From the NCBI RefSeq assembly GCF_006345805.1, contig NC_043012.1, forward strand, positions 13,640,001-13,704,000: a stretch of 64,000 nucleotides of DNA. Reading direction: 5' to 3'. Numbering within the stretch: position 1 is the stretch's first letter; every line of letters begins with the position of its first letter. The notes beneath the pieces were generated by a model, which did not search any database, was not told the DNA's origin, and saw nothing but the letters and a program-made list of their open reading frames with translations. This document shows positions 27,190 to 40,813 of this stretch, in pieces. The translations under genes were made by a program, and so were the position numbers. The stretch is from Octopus sinensis (Eukaryota).

Positions 27190-28450
27190 GAAATTTTGTT
27201 CTCCTACGCTCCGTGCTGTCTCCCCTACGTTCATCGTTGTCTTGTTTCTGCAACGTCCCTCAGTACATCTTATACCATCGACTACATTCCTAGCTTTACA
27301 GTTTGTTCGTAGGATAGATCTACATACAATATACTTCGTATCAGTACAGGGGATTCTCTTAAATGGGTAGGTTCCAGCGATTAGTGATCTGATAGAGTTA
27401 CCTGTTCTTTCTACAGCCTTAATTCTTAGCTTAGTCTTTCTAGGACCCTTCTAAAGCGGTACGCCAGTTCGCCTCTAGGGGTGGTGTCGATGAACATGGC
27501 ACTCTGGTATATCTGACTGTCATACCATGAGTTGGCCTTCCCTATTTTCTTCTTAGTCTTTTCAATGGTATTCCACGACTTGCTCCTATAAAATGGGCAA
27601 ATCCAATTCTTATCGTTACGTATGATAGTTTCAAATTTCCTCATGAATCTATGGCTGTATCCTGAGAACTGCATGCGATGAACGAAGTGTTGTGTGTCTC
27701 TTTAACTCTGTAAGACCGAAAATACAGGACACATTTCTCATTACCCTGATGAGGTATGCCATCAATTTATTGTATTTGTCATTGTCTGCGATAGCTGAGT
27801 TCCGGTGGATTAGGTATTTGGAGGCCATAGGTTTCACATAGTGCGAATGGAGGATTTGGTTTTTATCATTCACCGTTTCCAGCCAGAGTTCTGTATCATG
27901 TACAGTAGTCTATGGTTAGGGTGATTCGTAGGGTAGTCTATCGTGACCTTAATACTGTGGTGGATAGAGTTAACTATTTGCTGGATGCTCTCCATAGTAT
28001 TAGTTTATGTTTCTATTTCAAGAGTTCTGTGTTAAGAGGGTGCCTTTACCACTATGTAGATAACATCAACATAGCGAGAGTACATGTTCATGAGTATGGA
28101 GTTCTGTGTCAGGCGTTCTTTAAGCGTTCAGTCCCATCATCACCGACGATGCTTATCCCTATCGCTGCCCCCTCATCCTGGGCGTATATTTTGTTGTTAA
28201 ACTTAAATGTGTGGCCTTTTAGGGTAACTCTTATAGTAGCTACTAGTGCTTGTGTGATCATTTTCTTTACTTGATATTGGTTTTCGGGGATCCATATGAC
28301 TCTGAACTATCCGAGCCATCTTTCTATATATGGGTCCTCCTAGCAATAGATGTAATTGTAGGAGGTCTAGAAGAGGAAGTTCAGAGTCGAGATGTAAATG
28401 TTGCCTTGTAGCAAGTTTGTTGAAAGGTGGATGAATGTTGGAAGAATGGC
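27190..28450 (-). mobile_element. Penelope-like element remnant (RT plus GIY-YIG endonuclease)
   Basis: HTFKFNNKIYAQDEG.AIG, MYSRYVDV (degraded YVDD), HYVKPMASKYLIH, MQFSGY, CKARNVV and VGETARSVGE, in that order. Confidence 0.8.
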
Positions 28451-29154
28451 CAGTGTGAAAGGACCAATTCTGAGCGTGCACCAGTAAACCTAAAGTCCAC
28501 CCCCTCCTCAAAGCGTTAGGGTGGTGTAAACGGGCAGTGTCAGAGCTATGCCGTCGGGATCTTCGGTTCCTGGTAGGGCGACCCAAGGCGGATTGGTCTG
28601 GCACCGAGCGGTATTAAGGCCGCAGTCTGGCCAACAGGGCTCTGGTGAAAATTCCAAGAGGCATATGGTCGGCAACCGGCGGCTTGGAGGTCGTTCTATC
28701 CCTGCGTCTGTGGAGACTCCGTGGCAAACAGGGCGTGCAGTCACTCAGGATATGCATGCAGGATGTCGGGGACCGCTTGTGAATTCAATATTCCCACGAA
28801 ACTTCTATGAATCCTACTTCAGGACCAGAGAATAAGCTGGCTCAACCCGCCCTGGGTGAATGCCGTCACAAGTACAAGTAAAAGTAAGTTCACCTGTAAA
28901 CAAAATGAGAAGGGCTCTTGCCTTGTTGTTCAGGCACCAGTGGCTTCTGTGGGGTTTTCCACGAGCTCCTTAAAACGCCTCCCCTATCGGGGGCCTAAAA
29001 TTGTTTAATTTTTTAATTGTTAATTATATTGTTTAAAGGTTATTAACCCATTGTGTCGTCCTGTTTTGTTGTTTATGATGTTGTTTGTTTTGTAATGTAA
29101 TTTTATGTGAGGCCTTGCAGCTAATTAAAGAACTTGTAATTCTTCTTCTTCTTC

Positions 29155-29208
<54 letters not shown>

Positions 29209-29239
29209 TATTATTATTATTATTATCATTATTATTTTC

Positions 29240-31380
29240 TTAATCACAGGCTTTGCTGGAGCTCCTGGAGTCTTGCATTCGTAGCGGGCTTACTACCTGC
29301 ATCCTACGATACCATGCTATCCTTTCTGTTCAGCTATCTAATGCTATCTTATACTTCTCTGATTATTCTATCTGTGCCAAGGAAGCAAAACTTCTGTAAC
29401 CGTTCTACTGAGCACTCTATTCCAATTTCTTTTATATTCCTTTTGTTGTCTTCTAATACTGTTCCCAAGGAACCAACAGTAATTGGCACTATCTTCACAT
29501 TCTTCGTCTTCCATAACCAGGCTATTTCGTACTTAAGAGGGTTGTATCTATCTGTCTTTTTGCCTTACTACTTGACTACTCGTGGGTCAAAGGGACATGA
29601 AATGTCAACTATATGGCATATGTTAGGCACCTTCTCCACCACCACTATATCCGGTCTGTTATGGTTGAGTACCTGATCTGTTTGGATCGGGAAATTCCAG
29701 AGGATTTTGCTAGTCTCCGATTCTTCCACTCTCTACGGTCTGCCCTCATACTGCGTCTTGCCTCTCTCTAGACCCCACTATTCGCATTGTCCTCATCGTA
29801 GAACTTCCGCTACATGGTCGTGTCGTGACAACTTGTAGTGGTTTATGGTAAGTCTAGGGCATTCGTTTGTGTGGTTTCATCCACTCTATTCTAGATGCGG
29901 CACATCAGAGACACTTGCTCATTCCTCAGTTCGTAGCCAGAGGTTGGTCTTGCACTGGCAGTATATTGTTCTGAGGCTTTTTTAGAGCTTCTTTTGTCAG
30001 CCAATCCCACCTATTTTTTCCAGCAAATTATTTTGCGGCTACATGGAAGTGAATGGTTAGACCCTTCTCGCGTAATTCTTCTTCATGTTCTTTTTGTACC
30101 TCTTCTTTTGTTTTCCTATTTTCTCTGCTCTCAATACTCTCAAGTAAAGTTTCCTTACTTTTCGATACGCACACAGCCTTCCGCACCTATCAGACCCCTT
30201 CCTCCATTTGCTTTCTTCATGTATAGGTAACCAGTGCCTGCTCGTGGACGATTGGATCTATGCATCGATAGGAGCTTTCTTAACTTCCGTCCATCTCTTT
30301 TAGCTCCTCCTCTGACAATTTCAGGATTCCATCGCCACATCGAATTACTCTCTCTGCGCTCGAATTTATTGCTGAAATTATGTTTCTAGTATTCAGCTTT
30401 GAAGCCTCGATTTTTCTCATTCGTCGCAGGCAATCTCTTTTTGTCTTTTATTTCATGTCGAGGTGTTTGATTCCATCTGCCTCAACAATTCCCAGATTTT
30501 TTATAACCGGATTGAAGTTCAATTGCCTTCATTATTTCACCACTCGGCAACCAAATGCTTTCTGCTCTGGCAAGCTTTCCTCCCATCATCACTATCATAG
30601 CACATTTTGAGATTCCAAATTCCATCTTATTATCATTGGAGAAAATCTGCACAGACTGGACTAGACTATCGAGTTATGTATCAGTTTTTCTGAATAGTTT
30701 CATGTCGTCTATGTATAGCAAGTGGTTTAGTTTTCCATTACCACTTTTCAGATCATACCCCAACTTTACTTTCTGTAGTATTTCATTCAAGAGGATTATT
30801 CCCAGCACGGATATCAGTGAGGACACAATGTCCCCTTGGAAGATTACTCTCTTGATTTTCACCGCCCTTATTTCTGCCCCTTTTTTCCATGCACTTCTCA
30901 ACATTTTTACTCACTGTACCCATGGCTCCAACTTTTGCAGCGACCACAACTGCTCAACCTTCCAAGCTAACCTGTTATATTTCTCGACTTTTCTTGATTT
31001 ATCTTGCTATATCTTTTCATGCAATATCTATGATACAACATCGTTTACTTTATTTCACATTCGCTCTATTCTCTATATCCCGGTCGCACTGAATCATAAA
31101 ATCCTATACAATCTTTGCATTAACATTTTCGATGATGCATTCGGGTTTATGTTCGTACCAGTTTTTTCCTCTGTCAAGTCCATATTTGTTGCAAAGTGCC
31201 CATTGGACAATCCTTGCTACATTGTCATGACGTCTCTTATATTCTTTCTGGGCTAGTTGCGTACCTTGACTGGAAATATGCCATACGATTTCACCATTTT
31301 GTCCACAAAGTCTGCATTAATCACCTTTTGATGTGTTGTCTATTCTGTATTTGATGTAATTCCTTCTTAGCACTTGCTCT
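29240..31380 (-). mobile_element. R4/Dong-clade non-LTR retrotransposon, 5'-truncated (RT, CCHC, restriction-like endonuclease)
   Basis: IKRVIFQGD..LNHLLYIDDMKLF, RHDHVA, KILWNFPIQTD..HNRPDITVV..IVDISCPFD, GSLGTV..LQKFCFLGT. (TAA)n tail at ~29140-29235. Confidence 0.85.
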
Positions 31381-32190
31381 TGGGCAGCACAAATTAGAGC
31401 ATCCGTTTCCGGTTTTAAATCACTTTTTGTCATGCAAAGATATCTTTTTTGTTTGTGTGTCTTAACTTCAACATCCCTATGAAATTGACCATGCATTCTT
31501 CTCTATATCCATTTATTTACAGTTTCATTCATTCTCCAATGCTTGTACATTGCTTCATATTTGCAATCTTCCATCTTGCACAAGCCTGAATTTCTTACTT
31601 CGAATAATGGGGGTTCTGTGACATTTTTTACATACCATGCTATGTTGTTTTTTCCTGCTCTAATGCGGTGTTCGCCTCCAATTAGTCCTCTTCTCGTTCG
31701 TGTTTGTTTTCTTGGTACATACCGTCTGTCTCTGTCACTTTCTGGGTGGAGTATCCCATATCTAGTCAGCAACGTTCTTGTCTTTCTGTCTAAGCTGTTT
31801 AGTTCGTCTACTCTCCATGCTATTAATACTGCTCCATATCTAAGGAATGAAATCGCCCAGAAGTTGAGAGCTTCAATATTATATCATCCGTTTAATTTCG
31901 ACTTAAGGATCATCCTCAGTCTGTGCAAGTACTCCAGCATATATTTTTCTGTCATTTCTTTCTCCATCAATCTATCAATTTCAAGTATCCCCAAGTACTT
32001 ATAGTCCGTCCGTCTATTCTAACTGCTTCATAACACACCCCGACGGTATCGCTAGCCCGTCCATACATTTGATTTTGCCTTTCTTCAAGACTAACACACC
32101 ACACTTTTTCAGTCCGAACTCCATTCTGATACCAGCGCTGAATGTACACACCGTATCAACGAGGGAACTGGTTTTGGATTCTTATTTGTC
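31380..32190 (-). mobile_element. Second R4/Dong-like fragment (post-RT region)
   Basis: LTRYGILHPESDRDRRYVPRKQTRTRRGLIGGEHRIRAGKNNIAWYVK, paralogous to the adjacent copy. Confidence 0.75.
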
Positions 32191-32559
32191 ATAAAGTTTG
32201 AGGTCTGGTAATTGCGCAACCTGAAAATCGCTACCTCACATGAATGAAAATAAAGAAACAAAATTTATGAATAACGGCTGTAATGATACTGAATCCCTTG
32301 ATGGTGAGTGTTGCATCCGGCAGACTCAGAGATACTTGTCCGATTCCTCTCTGTCTGTTTGAACATTGTGTTTGGAAAAATATCTCATATATATATATAA
32401 ATGTGTGTGTGAGTGTCAATGTGTATGTATGAATGTGTGTGTGAATGTATGTAGCTACCATTGGTTTCATGTAAACATATCTTAAATATTATGAAGCCTA
32501 TCATGTGCAAAATCGGTGTTTGTCAATTCCCTAAATATTAGCATAACCTTTTGCAGGCA

Positions 32560-32900
32560 ATTTTAAGCCCTACCAAAAGCGAAGTGAGGAGACCTTATAC
32601 ATGAACGAAGACTCCAACCAACCAACCAACGTCAATAATTAAACAATTAGCTAGAAACATAAGTATGCGTATTTCCAATCTGTCCTTCGATAAAGACTCT
32701 TTTGAAAAGGTTGCCCTATAAAATGTCAGATTAGAAGTATGAACTATATTGAACCATATGTTGAAACACCCTAATGGCATGAATGTAACCATTAATATAG
32801 CTAAGAAATTCTTAAAATTAATAGACAATCACTTTCGACAACACAATTACCGTTATATCTTCAAAATAATACTGATAAATTTAGCTATATTTGATTCCCG
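32560..32900 (+). mobile_element. Penelope-like RT thumb fragment (different family, degenerate)
   Basis: KPYQK..YMNEDSNQP, ISMRISNLS and NVTINIAKKFLKLIDNHF motifs. Confidence 0.6.
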
Positions 32901-33150
32901 AATACAGGGCCGATTGTACTCAGCCATAGCAAAAATAATTTATTATTTTGCACATTACTTAATCATCGTTATATTTTTTATCGTATATTTAATATTTCTA
33001 TTATATCTAATTTGTAGATGGTGTAATTTGATTTTTCATTTTGAATTGATAAAACGTATTTTTTAAATAATTTATATATATATATATTTAATATATGTGT
33101 TTATACATATATGCGTATATACATGTATATGTATGTATGCACATATATAT

Positions 33151-33228
<78 letters not shown>

Positions 33229-34429
33229 TGAATACGTGTGCATGTGCGTGTGTGTGTGTATGTATGTATCCATAATCGTGTTACCACCGTACCGCAATAG
33301 TCTTATTGGAGTCGGAAGCATAAAATATCACAATATGATTTAACTCTGATGAGGTCACTTAAAGATAATACCAAATTTGTATTAAACAGATTTGGTATGT
33401 TCATTTATTATATATGCCATTTCATTTTGGTTAAGCCTCATCGTTTTCCAAAACTCTTTTGCTTTTCCCACCAAAGGGACTCGAGGACATATAATTCAAG
33501 TTGGCAGGAATTGAACTCACCAGTGCACATACACTAATGCTCAGATCTATCTGGCATGCTCACGTATAAGGCCATGTACACAACTTTCATACAAACAAAA
33601 ATGGCAGACTTAAGAAATCTGTGTGTAAAATAATATCGACATTTATTAAGTGAAAACGTTAGAATTATGAATAAGAAATTAGGATTCTCAAAAACTTGCT
33701 CATCGTAAAAACCTGGAAAAAATGAAGTTTCATCATGTGTTCCAATATAATAAGAATATATGCAAGCATACTTAGATGCCGAAAATATGAATTACACAGT
33801 ACATCGCAATCATTAAAATCCTTGCTATGATATAATTTAAAGAAAAAGTTGTTTTTTTTCCAAATGTAAATATTATTACGTACATATATTCATGAATATA
33901 TGTATAAGTATACACATACACTCATAATTACACATCCACATATATATAGATACAATAATATTCAGCAAGAATGTTTTTTATTCAATCAAATCGGTTTCCA
34001 CAATAATTTTGCAGTTACAATAATAGTGCCAACATTTGGAATACTAGCTTACACACTTCAAATGATGCAGAAATTTTACATCGATATACAAAAATACTAA
34101 CACTTACTGGTAACATCCTTATCAACTGCAACATTGGCAGTACAATATCATGGAGAGGGGATGGGGGTCGAGAGAAACATAGGGTCTGCCCAGACGGCAT
34201 TTGAATGGCACAGTATTGATTCGGCATCAAATACTGGGCAGTGAAAAAGAGATATGTCTACATCACATGCGTAACAACCGTGAAAAAAAAAACCTTATGG
34301 AATTAGGTGAAGAAATCCTGAATAAATACTCCAAGAGTACAGCTCATTCATGAGAGGCATCTATTGCTGGCTTCATCTATCTAAACAAAAATATAATTAA
34401 AACACCCAACACGCAAACAGGAAATTATA

Positions 34430-35870
34430 CTTGGATATATGTCGGCCACAAAGCGAATACTAACCAAGATATTCACAAGAATAGTAGCTTTTACTGGACT
34501 TGTGATACACAAACTTTGTCTCAGCTAGATGCATACATCTTTGGTATCAAGAAACACGAGAAAAAATATTGAATATCTCATCAACAAAAGAGATAAAGAT
34601 TCCTCTCAAAAGAGGAGAGATAAATTACTGATAGTGGCATTTCACTGCGGTAGGTATCACCGGATGTCAACAACTCACCAACATGTCTACAATGTGCTAC
34701 GTCACCATGAGGAAAGAAATACTCGTTAAAACTGAATCCCACATGATTCGCCGGCTCTAATTCTGGTGGGACAGTATGTGCATGATACATACATACATAC
34801 ATACATACATACATACATACATACATACATACATACATACATACATACATACATACATACATGCATGCATAAATACACTTATAATTTCCACATCAGCAGT
34901 GTCGTATACGGTCTGTAACTGAGGCGTAAACCAAGCTGTTCAATGTTGTATCATATCCCTTCGGCAACATCTTATTACCACCAAGTGTTGAAGTGTGTCC
35001 TAGCAAGTCTGGAAGTTCATCCCTGCACCAAGGATAACTTCATTAGGCTTGGAAAGCAGCTGCTTGAGCAGCATTCCTTCTCTGATAGCTTAGAGAAGTT
35101 GCACGAGTCTATCGGAACATATCATCAGGTAAAATTATGAGCATATATGAGCAGAGGACCATGCATGGTTATGTTAGTAGAAAACTAAGAGATGATAATA
35201 TCGTTGATCAACAAAGCAGTTTATCATGGTTCAACAATTGGGCTACTACCTCCCACCTTGAAGAGTATGCGTTTGCAACCCAGGTACTAGAAATATCAAC
35301 CAAATACCCGATGCACAATAGGGACTGAGATGCAGGAAAAGTAGTAAAATTTTACAACCTATGCAAACGTTGGTCCAAAAATGTCATCACGGTATTATGT
35401 ACCTATGAGACACGTGCTTTAACTAGGAATCTGTATAACGAGACCCATCGAAAGGATAACGCAGAGAACAAAGAAATAAGAACCCGCTGTATGGTGGAAG
35501 CCATATCCACTCAACACAAGGGATTACAGGTGGAATGCCCCAGTGAAAACCGTAATAACGTGTAAAAACAATATACCTGATATAACGATTTAGGATAGAG
35601 AAGACTAACTGCGTACAGTTGTGGAAATGCGCTGCCCAGCGGATGTTAACATCAGTGAAAAAGAGAATACTTACGTTGAACTATTAATAAATCTACAGAT
35701 ACTCTAACCAGGCTTATACTGTGGCACTGGATATTTAATACACTGCCTAATTATTCAATCTTGAGAAATTAGCATTCTCAAAACCAGAAAGTAGAAAGCG
35801 GATTCGAATACTACTGATCCAATCCATCACTGAAACTAAAAATCTGTAAAACTTTCCAGTTTATCATTTA
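34430..35870 (+). mobile_element. Two degenerate R4/Dong-like fragments separated by a (TACA)n tract
   Basis: LDAYIFGIKKHE..EYLINKRDKDS, and MHGYVSRKL..TSHLEEYAFATQVLEISTKY. Confidence 0.55.
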
Positions 35871-35894
35871 TGTATATAGAGCATTCTATATATA

Positions 35895-36315
35895 ATCTTT
35901 ACTCTTTTACTCTTTTACTTGTTTCAGTCATTTGACTGAGGCCATGCTGGAGCAGCGCCTTTAGTCGAGCAAATCGACCCCAGTACTTATTCTTTGTAAG
36001 CCTAGTACTTATTCTATCGGTTTCTTTTGCCGAACCTCTAAGTTACGGAGGGCATAGCGGTTACGGAGGACATAAACACACCAGCATCGGTTGTCAAGCA
36101 ATGCTAGGGGGACAAACACAGACACACACACATACATATATATACATATATACGACGGGCTTCTTTCAGTTTCCGTCTACCAAATCCACTCACAAGGCTT
36201 TGGTCAGCCCGAGGCTATAGTAGAAGAGACTTGCCCAAGATGCCACGCAGTGGGACTGAACCCGGAACCATGTGGTTGGTAAGCAAGCTAGTTACCACAC
36301 AACCACTCCTGCGCA
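35895..36315 (-). mobile_element. SINE family A, full length
   Basis: Complete head, body and (TTTTACTC)n tail. Confidence 0.9.
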
Positions 36316-36902
36316 AATATATGTATGTGAAGTCATACATAAAACAAAACATACAAATCTTCACCTATACATATATGCATACAAAAATACCCAGTTGTCG
36401 ATGTTGAAATTCCAATGAAGGAGCCTTGGATCTTGGTTAGAAAACGGCTCTTTCTCTATTGGCAAGAAATCTTGAAATGAAACTAAATAATGACAAACAT
36501 ATGTATCTGTCCGTGAGTTGCCTAGTTCTTGTCATAATCTTACTGCAACTGGCATGGCCTAGCAAAACTCATGATTCTTGTAGTATCATCGTATCTTACT
36601 GTACTCTGGAAACTATTTTCAACATCGCCGTCATTACCAACAATAATTACTGTTATCTTCCGTAAACAAACTTTACATATGTACATGTACACGTACAAAT
36701 TTCCACTGTGTGGTAAGACGATTACTTCCTCACCGCGTCGTTGAGATCCACCGCGTAGCAGCGTGGGTATCTTCTGCTATTGCGCTTCTCAGCCGTATGA
36801 GAAGATTTAGTAGGCGGAAACTGAAAGAAGACCGTTGTATATATATGTGTGTGTATGCGTGTGCGTGTGTGTTTGTTTGTCTCTTTGCCTCTCATACACA
36901 CA

Positions 36903-36974
<72 letters not shown>

Positions 36975-37377
36975 ATATACGAATATGTATATATAAATGT
37001 TTGTATGTGTATATGTATATATGTATGTATGTATCAATGTATGTATGCATGTATGCCTACAGTTGTCTTTTTTCTTCAGACGATGAGACTGCTTTTACAT
37101 GTCATATGTCGATTTCGGAAAGTATATTGTTTTAACTTATTAGATTATTTTAAGATTTTGAACAATCACCAAATTGGTATTCTTGTTTATATGGTCATAT
37201 TCACATATCTGTAAATAATTTGTAGTGTCTTAGCGCCAGTGGAATGGTAGAAGCAGTACAATACTTAATAAACAACACACCATATATATATTGTTGATTT
37301 TTTTTCATATAAACCCATACATGATATTAATATGTATATCATGCTGTATTCTGACACACCTTCGTTATTCCTTTCTT

Positions 37378-38580
37378 TTAGTCTTGTTGAGTAAACAGTA
37401 GACATGTAAATATTAATGAAACTATTACCGATATCACGATGCTAATTCTTAGAAATATATCATCCCATCGATTGTAGTCGGATATGCCAAGCCATTTTTT
37501 TCTTGGCCTTTCTTCTGGATTCAAAGTATTCGATTGTGCCGAGGCAATTATTGAAACATCGGCAATTTGGTTAGCATGGGGTCTCTTTCTATTTTCATTC
37601 GGTGAATTTGATTTCACTTCATCAGAAGTTTGTATTACATACAATTTGCTTATAATTACCGAACCAATTGCAGTGAATCCACTCATCATCGATAATAGCA
37701 TTAAATATAACATAAGAAGGCAAGGATATTTTGAATTTTTTGGTGTTGTCTTCTCCATCTGAACAAGATACAACACGTTTGATAAAAATGTTGTCATGGC
37801 TAGAAAAACTTTCTTTCCAGATTCAGGAGGTAGAAGGAAAACGAAAATAGTTAAAACGGTCATTATTACAGACGGAATCAGCATAGCTATGACTTCTATG
37901 GTAAGTTTACGTCGTAGATACATCGGTGCAAATGCGTAGCTAAATTCATCGTTCGAGGCATTTACCGTACCATGAAGCGTGATATCCCACTCATAGTTTT
38001 CTAGCCAATTTAGATCATAGTAATGGAGAGATTTTATTCTCGTGTGCTGCGTGCTATGCAAAGCAACACACATGTAAATTTCGCACATATGCTTATCAAA
38101 TGGGTAAGTATATGCGTTGACTTGACAATATGTATTAAGTAATTTAAAAGAATACATAACCACATGTCCATTACTAAAAATCCATATTTCAAGGAAGTCA
38201 TCTGTTTCTTCTGAGTTACCCATTGAATTGCATAATACAATAGGTGGTTTCCAAACATTTTCTTTTCCTAGATGAATATTTGTAATGTTATTATAATCCG
38301 AGGGGTCCCACTGTAAATTTTCATCAGTCCATTGTAGTCCAATGTAGTACTGAGCCGTCAGTAAGTTATTCACTAAGTCCAAATCATTGAATGTGTGAAG
38401 CATTATGGTAGCATATATATCGACCGGTGTTGCCAAATCAATAACCGGTCTTATATATTTGTTATAATTGGATAGTAATTTGATGTGTAGTAGTCTTTCA
38501 TCATTATCCGTAGGGTTAGAATTTGCTATCAATATATTTGGAGTCAGTACCAACATACGATATAGTATTAACAAAAACAT
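37378..38580 (-). CDS. Chemotactile receptor, single exon, 400 aa, with non-canonical M2 pore (here CR-B)
   Basis: Intact ORF paralogous to the other two. Cys-loop C-QVNAYTYPFDKHM-C. M1-M2 linker reads PESGKKVFLAMTTFLSN instead of PESGEKVSLATTIFLSN. Confidence 0.93.
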   Translation of the reverse strand: MFLLILYRMLVLTPNILIANSNPTDNDERLLHIKLLSNYNKYIRPVIDLATPVDIYATIMLHTFNDLDLVNNLLTAQYYIGLQWTDENLQWDPSDYNNITNIHLGKENVWKPPIVLCNSMGNSEETDDFLEIWIFSNGHVVMYSFKLLNTYCQVNAYTYPFDKHMCEIYMCVALHSTQHTRIKSLHYYDLNWLENYEWDITLHGTVNASNDEFSYAFAPMYLRRKLTIEVIAMLIPSVIMTVLTIFVFLLPPESGKKVFLAMTTFLSNVLYLVQMEKTTPKNSKYPCLLMLYLMLLSMMSGFTAIGSVIISKLYVIQTSDEVKSNSPNENRKRPHANQIADVSIIASAQSNTLNPEERPRKKWLGISDYNRWDDIFLRISIVISVIVSLIFTCLLFTQQD

Positions 38581-39846
38581 TTAGACTCTTTTTTATATTC
38601 AAATCTGTCTGGTTTAGTGTTTATGCTTAAGTTTTCGTCATGAATATAAATTTGTTAAAGTATGTATATAAATCGTTACACTTCTTTGTCTGAGATGAAT
38701 GATATTTCCGATGTTTTTGGATACTGAATAGGTTACCAAAATATATTATAACATAAATTCTAGTCTATTACAATAGAAAACAAAAGAAATGGAATTTTTC
38801 CTGCTGAATACAATTTCATATTTTTCTAAAATGTTGCTTTATTTTATTGTAATATATAAAACATATTTTTCATGATGTGCGTATTTTAAATTCTTTATCT
38901 GAAGAGAATTTGCCAACTGTGCTATCGTAAAAGGTCGCACATTTCTTCAGCTTATAAATTCCATGAATCTAGTTGGTATTTTTCAAGTCTGTTAACATAT
39001 TTTTAATCACAAGTAGATCTTTCCAGTTATTTTATAATTATTATATTTCAGGATATTTTCGCTTATTCCAGCGCCGACATCTGGATGAACGTAGACCCTT
39101 TGTGGAAATTTTGAAATGAATTTCTCCAAATATATACGTGACTGTGACATAACATGATAAATTCGCCACCTGGAAGAGATCTGTGAATCATAAGATGAAG
39201 GCGTAAAAAATGACAATGTTTGAAATAAAGCATACGCTACAAGACGAAGGCACCTTACTCTAGACAAGCAGTTAAAATACATAGGAAAACAAGTGAAAAA
39301 GTGATGAAGTCAGAATAAAACAAAGTATCGTTGCAACATATATTGCATACATTCATGTACACGTGAGGTTTTGGCTCATAACCCGAATTATAATCACTTG
39401 AACTTCAGAAACCATAAACAATGCTTATCACAGTTAATAAATTCCAATTAATAGATTAATTTCGTAATTATTTCCGTCGTTATCGTCATCACCAGCAGCA
39501 GCATCATGGTAATAACATGTGGCTTATCTTCCTAAATTTATTGATGTAAACAAAGACTTTTTTTTAGATATTTTATTCACTCATTTAATATAATTTTATT
39601 AAACAAAACACAAACGGTCTTATAGGAACAATCTCAACAGCTAATTGTGTTATCGTGTCAAAAGAAAAGCAAGCAGTCACGAAATTTTATGAAACAGTAA
39701 TTAATATGTTGTAAAGTTTGTTGCTAAATCTATTAAATAAATTCACGCAAAATTAGTTCCTTGACTGCGACAGTATGACTGAGTCCACGTTAAAGTAACT
39801 GAATGCATGTGCGTGTGTATGTAAGCATGCTGTATATGTATATGCG

Positions 39847-39926
<80 letters not shown>

Positions 39927-39960
39927 TGTATGTGTGTGCGTGTGTGTGTGTGTGTATGTG

Positions 39961-40337
39961 AGTTAGAGGTTCAGCAACAATCTAAGAGATAATAAATATC
40001 TAATATATGTCCATAGTAGAAAAAGCTGTTAGAGTTTAGTATTTATTCTTATTCATTTATTTGTTTTTATTTATCTTTTCATCTACTTTTTTATTTACTT
40101 ATTTCATTTCCTTAGTTTGCTCACTTATGCATATGATTGTAATCAATTAATTATCAGATATAAATGAATGTTTAGAGGCTGATGTTTCTCCATTGATCAT
40201 CCTCTACATTTTCTTATTTCCAATATATATATATAAGAAGATGAAATTTGATATTAACATATATACTTACGTATCTATATATCTATATATTCTTATATAA
40301 ACATACATGTATATATATATATAATATATATTATATA

Positions 40338-40387
<50 letters not shown>

Positions 40388-40394
40388 GTGTGTG

Positions 40395-40433
<39 letters not shown>

Positions 40434-40813
40434 GTGTGTGTGTGTGTGTGGTGTGTGTGTGTGTGTGTATGTGAGTTAGAGGTTCAGCAACAATCTAAGA
40501 GATAATAAATATCTAATATATGTCCATAGTAGAAAAAGCTGTTAGAGTTTAGTATTTATTCTTATTCATTTATTTGTTTTTATTTATCTTTTCATCTACT
40601 TTTTTATTTACTTATTTCATTTCCTTAGTTTGCTCACTTATGCATATGATTGTAATCAATTAATTATCAGATATAAATGAATGTTTAGAGGCTGATGTTT
40701 CTCCATTGATCATCCTCTACATTTTCTTATTTCCAATATATATATATAAGAAGATGAAATTTGATATTAACATATATACTTACGTATCTATATATCTATA
40801 TATTCTTATATAA

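Noticed and set aside
30555-31256. 233-aa plus-strand ORF (and the 158-aa ORF at 5187-5663)
   Set aside because: They are antisense to recognisable R4 and RTE reverse-transcriptase remnants.
33346-33380. CTGATGAG followed by a weak stem, possibly a hammerhead
   Set aside because: GAAAC is not intact (ACCAAAT) and there are no convincing stems I or III; at best a decayed relic.
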